DNA of 64,000 nucleotides from Alphaproteobacteria bacterium (lineage in GTDB: Bacteria > Pseudomonadota > Alphaproteobacteria > SHVV01), in the NCBI GenBank assembly GCA_965247665.1, contig CBDFHH010000002.1, positions 210,213-274,212 on the forward strand, written 5' to 3'. Below, in pieces: positions 29,697 to 37,702 of this stretch (the stretch's first letter is position 1; each line of letters opens with the position of its first letter). The position numbers were made by a program, and so were the translations under genes. A model generated the notes under the pieces. It searched no databases. It had not been told where the DNA came from and worked only from the letters and a program-made list of their open reading frames with translations.

Positions 29697-31690
29697 TTAT
29701 CGCCACCGCCGGTCACGTCGATCACGGCAAGACCTTGTTGATTCGGGCGCTCACCGGTATCGATACCGACCGCCTGCCCGAGGAAAAGCAGCGCGAGATG
29801 ACCATCGATCTCGGCTTCGCCTACCTGCCGCTGCAGGCGGACCGGTCGATCGCGTTCATCGACGTGCCCGGGCACGAGCGTTTCATTCGCAACATGCTGT
29901 GCGGCGTTGCCGGCATCGATTTCGTCGTGTTGGTGGTCGCCGCCGACGACGGCATCATGCCGCAGACCCGTGAACATTTGGCGATCCTCGACCTGCTCGG
30001 GGTCACCGACGGCGTCGTCGCTTTGACCAAGATCGACCGCGTCCACAACGACCGCGTCGAGACCGTGACGGGCGAAGTCGGGAACCTGTTGGCCCCGACC
30101 ACCTTGGCCAATGCCCGAATATACCCGGTTTCGGCCGCGACCGGCGCAGGCATCGACGAGCTTCAGTCGCACATCGTCGCGGCAGGCCGCGCGTGGTCGC
30201 CGGCCCCGATGCGCGGTGCATTCCGCCTCGCCGTCGATCGCTGCTTCCATGTCATCGGCGCCGGGGTCGTGGTCACCGGCACCGTGTTCGCCGGCACCGC
30301 CGCCGTTGGCGACGAATTGTTGGTGCAGTCCAAAGATCTGCCGCTGCGCGTGCGCGGCCTTCACGCCAACAACCGCGCCGCGCCCCAAACTCGGTCAGGC
30401 CAGCGCTGTGCTCTCAACATCGCCGGTCAAGGGGTTACCCGCCGGACTGTTACACGCGGCGACTGGATCGTCGCTCCGCCGTGCGCCGCGCCGGTGCGCC
30501 GCCTCGATACGCGTTTGCGCGTGCTCACCTCCGAGCACCGCCCGTTCGCGCATTGGACGCCGGTTCACGTTCACCTCGGTGCCGCCGAAACCACCGGCCG
30601 CGTCGCTGTGCTCGAGGGCAAGGAGCTAGCGCCGGGCTCGGACGCCCTCGCCCAGCTCTACCTCGATCATCCCGTCGGTGCCTGCCATGGCGACTGTTTC
30701 ATCGTGCGCGACCAATCGGCGCGGCGGACGATCGGCGGCGGACATGTCATCGATATCCACCCGCCCGCGCGCGGTCGCGCCAGGCCGGAGCGGCTCGCCG
30801 CCCTCGCCGCCATGGACGTGGCCGATCCCGCGGCAGCGCTGTCGGCCCTGCTTGCGGCCACGCCGAACGGGATCGAGCTCACCGCGTTTCGCAACGCGCG
30901 CAATCTGACCGGTCGTGAAGCCGAGGCGGTTTTCGAGGCCGTTCCGCACCGCCGTGTCGCCCGCCGAGGCGGCGCGCGCGCTTTCTCCGCCAGCCACTGG
31001 CAGCATTGGCGCGAAACGGCGCTCGCTAACCTCGCCGCCTGGCACCGATCCTCGCCTGCCAACCCCGGCCTACCGGAAAAGCAGCTGCTCGCCGGGTCGG
31101 GCCTGCGGACACCGGCCGAAGTCAGCGCGACCCTGGCGCGCGAACTAGCCGACCGGGGCACCGTGGTGCGCGAGGGGGCCGTGGTGCGATTGCCGACTCA
31201 CGACGCCGCGCCGGCGTCCGGCGAGAGGGTACTGGGGCAACGTATCGATGCCATGCTGGACGAAACCGGCCGGGTTCCTCCAACTTTGCACGAGCTGGCC
31301 GAGGCGCTGCAAACCAGCGTGCGCAAGATCGAGAAACTTCTGCTTTCCTCGGCTCGCCGCCGCGGCCTCGCACGGGTCGGAGCGAACCGGTTCTTCAAAC
31401 GCGCCACGCTGCGCGATCTCGGAACCGTCGCCGAACAGCTCGCTGCCGGGTCGGCGGACGGCCGTTTCAGCGTCAAGGAGTTTCGCGATCACGCCGGCAT
31501 CGGACGCAATCTCGCCATCGACGTGCTGGAGCATTTCGACGCGGTGAAATTCACGCGACGGGTTGGTGATGGGCGCGAGATCGTGCGGCCGCTTGCCCAG
31601 GTATTCGCTTCCGATCAAGATGGCCGGGACGGCACGGACCAGGGAAAAGAATCGCACCCCGGTGGGGCGCCCGGACTTCAAATCCGGTGA
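29693..31690 (+). CDS. selB: selenocysteine-specific elongation factor
   Basis: G-domain motifs [15 protein letters not shown] and TKID, plus winged-helix C-terminal repeats. ATG 29693 overlaps the selA stop (ATGA). The last 48 nt overlap tRNA-Sec. Confidence 0.9.
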   Translation: MIIATAGHVDHGKTLLIRALTGIDTDRLPEEKQREMTIDLGFAYLPLQADRSIAFIDVPGHERFIRNMLCGVAGIDFVVLVVAADDGIMPQTREHLAILDLLGVTDGVVALTKIDRVHNDRVETVTGEVGNLLAPTTLANARIYPVSAATGAGIDELQSHIVAAGRAWSPAPMRGAFRLAVDRCFHVIGAGVVVTGTVFAGTAAVGDELLVQSKDLPLRVRGLHANNRAAPQTRSGQRCALNIAGQGVTRRTVTRGDWIVAPPCAAPVRRLDTRLRVLTSEHRPFAHWTPVHVHLGAAETTGRVAVLEGKELAPGSDALAQLYLDHPVGACHGDCFIVRDQSARRTIGGGHVIDIHPPARGRARPERLAALAAMDVADPAAALSALLAATPNGIELTAFRNARNLTGREAEAVFEAVPHRRVARRGGARAFSASHWQHWRETALANLAAWHRSSPANPGLPEKQLLAGSGLRTPAEVSATLARELADRGTVVREGAVVRLPTHDAAPASGERVLGQRIDAMLDETGRVPPTLHELAEALQTSVRKIEKLLLSSARRRGLARVGANRFFKRATLRDLGTVAEQLAAGSADGRFSVKEFRDHAGIGRNLAIDVLEHFDAVKFTRRVGDGREIVRPLAQVFASDQDGRDGTDQGKESHPGGAPGLQIR

Positions 31691-31738
31691 GGGGCGTTCG
31701 ACGTCCCTGGTGGGTTCGACTCCCACTCTTTTCCGCCA
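31643..31738 (+). tRNA. selC: tRNA-Sec (anticodon UCA)
   Basis: 96 nt. 8-bp acceptor GGAAAAGA/TCTTTTCC, anticodon loop CTTCAAA, long variable arm, 4-bp T-stem TGGG-TTCGACT-CCCA, G-CCA end. Collinear with E. coli selC. Confidence 0.9.
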
Positions 31739-31982
31739 TGCCGCGCTCCAAATGCCGATAACGACCACCACCTGATCGACCCGCCGCATGCCGCCGTCAT
31801 CCTCGAACGGCGGTTCATGGACGAGTGGGCGCCATGGTACGGAACGCAGGGCGAAGCGGGACGCGCCGGCTTGTCTCGCCGCGTGCAACCAACGCGATCG
31901 CCTGCCGATCTCCCTGATCGCGCCGAATCCGGCAGGTGAGGTCGGCTTGACCGCTACAGGGGCGGCGCGCTACGAGGACGGC

Positions 31983-32462
31983 ATGGCCGAGAAACTTGGC
32001 GTTGGCGCGACCTTCCCGACCTTCCCTTTGGCCCTCGTTGACGGACGCACGATCACGCTGGCCGGGCAGCTCGAGGGCCGTTATCGCGTCATCCTGTTTT
32101 ATCGCGGTCATTGGTGACCGCATTGTCGCCGGCAGTTAGCCGGCTTCGAGGGACGCAAACAGGAGCTCGATGATCTCGACATCAGCGTGATCGCGGGCAG
32201 CATCGATCCCATCGACCAAGCCCGCGAGGTCGCCGACGAGGTTTCGTTTCCCATCGCCTACGAAGTACCGCGCGAGGTCGCCGATGCGCTGGGCTCGTGG
32301 TGGGAAGACCGGCGCGGAATTATCCAGCCGTCGGAATTTCTAATTGGCAGCCACGGCAAGGTGGTGTGCTCGAGCTACAGCGACGGACCTATCGGCCGCT
32401 TCGACGCCAAAGCGCTGATCGGCTTGGTGAGGTTCTACGAATCCCAGGCGGCCAAGTCCTAG
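31983..32462 (+). CDS. Prx-like/AhpC-TSA-family thiol:disulfide oxidoreductase selenoprotein (in-frame UGA at 32115-32117, redox motif U-P-H-C)
   Basis: ORFs 31788..32117 and 32187..32462 are in the same frame and joined by an open frame across one TGA. The joined product reads ...RVILFYRGHW-U-PHCRRQLAGF..., the F-x-R-G-x-W-C-P-x-C context of redoxin-type proteins. A hairpin lies 11 nt downstream of the UGA. The gene sits directly after selC. Confidence 0.75.
32128..32144 (+). promoter_or_regulatory. SECIS-like hairpin (GCCGGC-AGUUA-GCCGGC)
   Basis: 6-bp GC stem with a 5-nt loop containing GU. The loop G is at about +21 from the U of UGA, close to the fdhF SECIS spacing. Confidence 0.55.
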
Positions 32463-32510
32463 ACCGGAACCAGATTAGATCCACGGCAACGGTCGTCGCC
32501 GCCGAGCCGA

Positions 32511-34757
32511 TCAGAGCTTCACCGCTACCGGCCGCGCGCTGCCGTTACCCGGCCCGACCGATCCGATCACCGCGCTGTCGCTATAGCCCAGCGCGCGCAG
32601 CTCGGCGAGGCATGCGTCGCCCCGGTGGTCGGGTACGCCGGCCAACAGGCCGCCGGCGGTCTGCGGGTCGAACAGGAGCCGGATGCGTCGATCGTTGGTG
32701 TCGAAACCATCAAGGTTGGTGGTGGCTTCGCCTTGGGCGGCATTGCTGGCCTGGAGCGAAGATTCGATCCCGGCGGCCAGACTCTCCGCAGCGCCTTCCA
32801 GCGCCGGCACCGCGTCCGCATCCAGCACGACGCTCACCTCCCCCGGCTTGACCATCTCGGCGAGATGGCCGGCGAGGCCAAAGCCGGTGACGTCGGTGCA
32901 GGCGGTCGCGCCGTGGCGCATGAGGCAGGCGGCGGCCTCGCGGTTCGACTTGAGCATCGAGGCGACCGCCCCGGCGATCCAGCTCCCTTTGGCCTTGCCT
33001 CGCATTTCGGCGGCGAACAGCGTACCGGTGCCGATGCCCTTGGTCAGGATTAGGCGCTGGCCCGGGCGCAGGTCGCTCTTGCGCAGCAAACGGGTTTCTT
33101 CAGCCAGGCCGTTGACCGAGAATCCCAAGGCCAGCTCAGCGCCTTCGCCGCTGTGGCCGCCGATCAGCTGGGCGCCGGCTTCGCATAGAACTTCGCCCGC
33201 ACCGGTCAGCAGCTGGGTCAGCGTGTCCTCGATTCTGAGTTCGAGGCCGAAGGGGATCGTCACGATGGCAAGCGCGGTCTGCGGCTCAGCCCCCATCGCG
33301 TAGATATCGTTGAGGCAGTGGTGAGCGGTGATCTTGCCGAACAGATAGGGGTCGTCGACCATCGACCGGAAGGAATCGACGGTTTGCACCAGCACCATCC
33401 CCGGCGGCACAGTCACCACCGCGGCGTCGTCGGGGCAGTCGAGGCCGATCAGGACGTCGTTACGGTGGATCCCGTTGATCTTGGCAATAACCCTTGCGAG
33501 GACCGGCGCCGGGATCTTCGCGCCGCAGCCACCGCAGCGCATAGCTGACGCCCGCACCGCGGCCCTGACCTGGACCGTGTCGAGTCCCGCCGGCAGCTGT
33601 AGCGGTGTCGGTTCCGGCATTGCCGGCAGATCGTTGAACCTGCGCATGAACCGGCGGTCAATCCAATCCTTCCAACGCCACGCCCAGCGGCCTTCGAGCG
33701 ACCAATTGGCGCGGGAGGCGATGGCGTGTTGGGGTCCAGTCGATATCAGGCTGAGGAAGCGTCGTTGCGGCGCGAACGGCCGCGGCGTTCGGCCAAGCAC
33801 GGCGCGGCGCAGGTTGCGGACGAGCGGCCGTCCCTGCCGCACCGCAAACACCCCCGATTTCGGCCGTGGGTGATTGACCGCGACGGCCGCATCGCCGGCG
33901 CCGAACACGTTATCGTGCGACGTCGAGCGCAGACAGTCGTCGATTTGGAGAAACCCCCGCTGGTCGACCGCAAGACCGGATTCCCGCAACCAGGGCGGTG
34001 CCGCCGCCTGCGTCACCCACAGGATCTCGTCGAGCGCGATTGTTCCGCCGCTGCCATCGTGCAGCTCCCCCGGCCTCACCTCGGTGACGTGAAAACGGGT
34101 GTGGATCTGCACGCCGATCCGTTCGAGGTGGCGGCGCACACGTCGGGCGGCGTCACGGCCGTGGCCGATCAGCAGATCGGGTTCTTCGGTTACCAGGCAA
34201 AACGCGTGATTGGCCTCGTTTCGGAGCCGATGCGCGACGGCCAACATCAGCTCGACGCCGCCGGCGCCGCCGCCGACCACGCCGATACGGAGACCATCCT
34301 CGTGGGGTCGCACGCGCTCCTGCAATCGCGCCCAATGCGATGCGAAACGGCTGATCGGCTTGACCGGCACGGTGTGTTCGGCGGCGCCAGGGATATCGGC
34401 AGTGTTGGGCGTTGATCCCGCGTTGATCGAGACCAGGTCGTAGGGAATGGCGGGGCGGTTGGCGCAGTTCACCAGCTTCGCGTCAAGAACGATGCCGGTG
34501 ACCTCGTCAACGAACAGGCGCGCCCCTGCAAACCGCGCCAGCACCGCCAGGTCGATATGGATGTCGTCGAAGCTATAGTGCCCGGCGATGAAGCCCGGCA
34601 GCATTCCCGAATAGGGCGTGTACGGGTCGGGCGAGACCAAGGTCAGGCGGACGCCGGGGATCGGCTTCATGCCAAAGCGCCGCAGCACGGCGACGTGGGT
34701 GTGGCCGCCGCCGATCAGCACGATGTCCTTGACGATGGGGATGTTGGACCCGTTCAC
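32511..34757 (-). CDS. selD: fusion protein: N-terminal FAD/NAD(P)-binding pyridine-nucleotide-disulfide oxidoreductase (NDH-2-like) + C-terminal selenide, water dikinase
   Basis: 748 aa. N-terminus IVLIGGGHTHV and a second Rossmann motif GVVGGGAGGVE. The C-terminal half starts with MRCGGCGAKIP (Cys-type SelD active site) and continues with an AIR-synthase-like fold. Confidence 0.9.
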   Translation of the reverse strand: MNGSNIPIVKDIVLIGGGHTHVAVLRRFGMKPIPGVRLTLVSPDPYTPYSGMLPGFIAGHYSFDDIHIDLAVLARFAGARLFVDEVTGIVLDAKLVNCANRPAIPYDLVSINAGSTPNTADIPGAAEHTVPVKPISRFASHWARLQERVRPHEDGLRIGVVGGGAGGVELMLAVAHRLRNEANHAFCLVTEEPDLLIGHGRDAARRVRRHLERIGVQIHTRFHVTEVRPGELHDGSGGTIALDEILWVTQAAAPPWLRESGLAVDQRGFLQIDDCLRSTSHDNVFGAGDAAVAVNHPRPKSGVFAVRQGRPLVRNLRRAVLGRTPRPFAPQRRFLSLISTGPQHAIASRANWSLEGRWAWRWKDWIDRRFMRRFNDLPAMPEPTPLQLPAGLDTVQVRAAVRASAMRCGGCGAKIPAPVLARVIAKINGIHRNDVLIGLDCPDDAAVVTVPPGMVLVQTVDSFRSMVDDPYLFGKITAHHCLNDIYAMGAEPQTALAIVTIPFGLELRIEDTLTQLLTGAGEVLCEAGAQLIGGHSGEGAELALGFSVNGLAEETRLLRKSDLRPGQRLILTKGIGTGTLFAAEMRGKAKGSWIAGAVASMLKSNREAAACLMRHGATACTDVTGFGLAGHLAEMVKPGEVSVVLDADAVPALEGAAESLAAGIESSLQASNAAQGEATTNLDGFDTNDRRIRLLFDPQTAGGLLAGVPDHRGDACLAELRALGYSDSAVIGSVGPGNGSARPVAVKL

Positions 34758-35350
34758 CCGTATGGCCGCCCAATTGAGGTCGCTCTCGCAAAGCAGGTTC
34801 TAATGTAGGCCTCCCGCTGGTTGTCCGGGGCATGGAGGGCAACGCGGGTCATCTCTTATCGGGTCTCCCGATCCTCGCCGGCGTCCGGCCGCATCGTCGT
34901 TGACGGCATTCAGCCGCTCGAACGCCTCGCGGGCGATCTGCCGACTGATGAGCCGGGCGATTGTCAGCACGGCGGACTCTACCCCGGATTCCGCCGTCCT
35001 ATTATCGTTCGCAGCTCCGCCGCGCTTGAGGGCAATGGTACGCGCCTAGTCCCCGATCATTCTCGACCCTATTCCAGGAAAACCTCGATAACGGTCCAGA
35101 ATTGATCTGAGCGGGCAGCGGCGTCAACATACTTAAGTCAATAATTTCGTGCAGTTAGGTCATATATTGGCACACTCGAGCTCTTGTCGGTGAAGCCCAA
35201 GATACGCCAGCCAATGTGAAGCGATACATGAAGAGTTAGGAGTGTCCTGTCGCTATCCTACCACGGGTATTGATTGGAATCTGATCTGGTCAGGCAGCCG
35301 ATATTTTGTTCATCAACGACCATCTGTGCATCCAAAAAAGCACTTAAGGA

Positions 35351-35872
35351 TCAAACCCGGCATATCGGGTAATTCGGCTGCTTTTCATTCCATGCCTCTA
35401 TTTCATTCCATGCCTCTATATTGAACACCAAGCACTGCTCCACAAACGACCGAACCCAATTTCCAGATTGTGGCCCCTTTATCGGTAACTGTCTTTTCAA
35501 TGCATCAGTTCGTGTGAGCATGTCCGCAGGAGTTAGACTTTCGATGGCGACAAGAACGAAATAGTGGATAGGTTTTTCAGCGTTCCTCGATGCCCATTCA
35601 TAAATAAACGAATCTCGATATTTGTATTTCAGATCTTTGTCCAATTTTCCACTAAGGAAATCACTAATAAACTTCTCGCTATTGGCGGGTTGTGCTCCCG
35701 GCTGTTCCGGGTCTTTAAATTCAATGAAGAGAAGCTTATCGTCCAGTTCAACCACGAAATCTACTGCCTTCATGCAATGCGATAACCCATGGGTGTTTTG
35801 GTTATCAAATTTCTTGGCCTGCGTTCCGCGTGGAAAGGTGATTTGAAGGTTCCCTTCGATAAGCGTGGTCAC
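35351..35872 (-). CDS. 173-aa PD-(D/E)xK-like (restriction-endonuclease-fold) protein, partner of the upstream ATPase
   Basis: GTG start lies 2 nt after the ATPase stop. Motif AVDFVVELDDKLLFIEFKD (D-x12-E-F-K). Low GC. No family assignment is possible by eye. Confidence 0.6.
   Translation of the reverse strand: MTTLIEGNLQITFPRGTQAKKFDNQNTHGLSHCMKAVDFVVELDDKLLFIEFKDPEQPGAQPANSEKFISDFLSGKLDKDLKYKYRDSFIYEWASRNAEKPIHYFVLVAIESLTPADMLTRTDALKRQLPIKGPQSGNWVRSFVEQCLVFNIEAWNEIEAWNEKQPNYPICRV
35384..35419. repeat. perfect 18-bp tandem duplication (TTCATTCCATGCCTCTAT x2) inside the 3' end of the 173-aa ORF
   Basis: Read directly. It encodes a duplicated IEAWNE hexapeptide. Confidence 0.95.
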
Positions 35873-35874
35873 TC

Positions 35875-36891
35875 CTAAATTCCTCTCAAGCTGCGTTTAA
35901 CCTCACGGTCGTACAGATCGGCAAAGGCTTCGGCGATTGTATTTGGATGTATGTCCAGATAGCTATGCCCGGTATGACAAGCTATCTCTTTGCTTTCTGG
36001 ATCTCTGTAAAGAGAATGAAAGGAAACTTTATCACCGTCCTTCGTTCTTAGATCAAATTCCTTTAGAATCACATAGTCGTGCGTTGCCAGAAAGATTTGC
36101 ACCCCTGCTCGCTGTAATGTAAGGAAAATTTCTATCAAAGAACCGAATAACTTTGGATTTAAGTTAGTTTCAGGTTCATCCCAAAACAACACAGATCCTT
36201 TGAGAAGGGCGCCATTCTGGATTAGAAGCCACAACAAACCAAGTTTACGCATACCCTCCGCAAGCAAGGAAAACTCAAGATTACCCTGCCGATTCCTGAG
36301 GAAAAATTCTTCTTCTTTTGTCGTGACCTTCCCTTCCATAATATCCTGCAAGATCGAGAGTAATTTTTTCCGATCTCTATCCACCGGGCCTCTTAATGGT
36401 GGCCGGTATGCGCGGGTAAGGATGTCTGCATACACCGCTTCAAAATGTATTTCGCGTTGTGAATAGAGAGAGCGGAATCCGGGCGCATTTGCGAGCATTT
36501 CTTTTACAGGGATGTAAACGCTTTCAATGGGGGCCTCGGCCCAATTTTTCGCACCAATGACCCTGGCAGAATCAGGAACGGTTCCGTGATTGGAGAACGA
36601 AACCCTAAGTTTTTTATTGTCTCGGAATACTTCGAGGGCACATCGCGAGCTGGTTTTATGGCGCTTTACTAATCGTCCAATGGCTCTTCCTGACGGTAAG
36701 AATATCTGAATGAGCTTTTCGGCGATGGCGACCTTTGTTTTGCTGACGTCACAGGCTGTATACGCAACCTTCATAATGTGCGTCTTACCGGTTCCGTTGG
36801 CACCAACAAGAACGTTGATTCCCGGTGACGCCATAAAATCAAGTTTCTCGAATGCTGTGAAACGCTCAAACTTCACTCTCGTGATTGTCAT
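35875..36891 (-). CDS. stand-alone ABC-type (AAA_15/AAA_21-like) ATPase, 338 aa
   Basis: Walker A GANGTGKT, signature-like LLAEGMRKLG, Walker B VLFWDEPETNLNP, H-loop LATHD. ATG 36891 follows AGGGG (a TTG at 36915 is also open). No additional domain. Confidence 0.8.
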   Translation of the reverse strand: MTITRVKFERFTAFEKLDFMASPGINVLVGANGTGKTHIMKVAYTACDVSKTKVAIAEKLIQIFLPSGRAIGRLVKRHKTSSRCALEVFRDNKKLRVSFSNHGTVPDSARVIGAKNWAEAPIESVYIPVKEMLANAPGFRSLYSQREIHFEAVYADILTRAYRPPLRGPVDRDRKKLLSILQDIMEGKVTTKEEEFFLRNRQGNLEFSLLAEGMRKLGLLWLLIQNGALLKGSVLFWDEPETNLNPKLFGSLIEIFLTLQRAGVQIFLATHDYVILKEFDLRTKDGDKVSFHSLYRDPESKEIACHTGHSYLDIHPNTIAEAFADLYDREVKRSLRGI

Positions 36892-37702
36892 GCACTTCCC
36901 CTGGCCAGTGCTCAAGGAGCTCCCCGTTCGACATGCTAATTCATGAATTGCGCGGCTTCTATCAATCTGACAAGCGAAAAGGATTCAGTGTTGCTTCGAG
37001 GCATTCGATCTACGCTCCAAGACTTTGCACGTAGGGGCGATTGACGAGGCGGGAATTGGGAGTGCTTTTGCGATATCTCCTGGACCAGACACGGTTCGAC
37101 GCCGCGCTGGCGGAGCCATCTCGATACCTGCACGCGGTACAACTGGGCGGATTATCTAAGAACATTCGCAGCAGCCTACGGGGTCGAAGCGTGAGCCGAC
37201 CAAGTTGGGTTACCATACGGCCCGCGTTCGTGTGTCGCTCGGGAGAGAACTGCGTGGCGAAATCTTGGTCTCGAAAGCTATAGCGCCACTCATCCTGGCG
37301 CCCGCCAAGGCCTGCCGTGCGCTCAATCGCCGGGCAGACTCCGAATAACTTTCCTCGTCGTACCCGGATTATCGTGTCGCTCTTCCTTTCAGCGGGCGCC
37401 ATCTAGACATTCCTTCGGAATGTTGAAACAGGGACACGACAGCCGCGCGCTACACCATGACTACTGACCGGAAGCAGACCGGAACTGGCGCCGATCGCTT
37501 TAGATTCTAGCCGGACGCGGACGGACTTAATGCCCGATCCCGTCATGATTTCCCCGTGTTCGAATCGAATTCGTTTCGAAAACGCGACGGCGCAACGGCG
37601 CGACGACAAGTAGTCGGATAGCGTGGTAACGTTGGAGCCGCATTTGGAGTGCGATCAGAGAAGGCTAAAGGAGCCAAGATGACCGTCCCTCCGAACATGT
37701 GA

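Noticed and set aside
31788-31982. N-terminal extension of the selenoprotein ORF back to ATG 31788.
   Set aside because: The extension (MPPSSSNGGSWTSGRHGTERRAKRD…) is unlike redoxin N-termini. The ATG at 31983 is preceded by GAGGA and gives the canonical M…VG..FP.F.L start of Prx-like proteins.
34821-35105. 94-aa plus-strand ORF, and a minus-strand peptide (…ALKRGGAANDNRTAESGVESAVLTIARLISRQIAREAFERLNA…), between the selD-fusion start and the islet. Considered as a possible integrase or regulator remnant marking the islet border.
   Set aside because: The minus-strand frame has no start codon and no recognisable recombinase or HTH motif. I cannot support any call. I also found no direct repeats flanking the islet.
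37010-37402. 130-aa minus-strand ORF, and 37041..37283 + and 37403..37609 -, inside the islet spacer.
   Set aside because: They have no SD or start context and no motifs, overlap each other, and are Arg-rich. I treat them as non-coding pending a search.
37700-37702. In-frame TGA between the mini-ORF and the 198-aa ORF, read as a selenocysteine codon because the host is Sec-competent and a hairpin follows.
   Set aside because: The hairpin loop (ACCACAU) lacks the G/U expected in bacterial SECIS apical loops. Read-through would add only 7 residues. The ATG directly after the TGA fits termination-reinitiation better. It is kept as a low-interest finding, not called as Sec.
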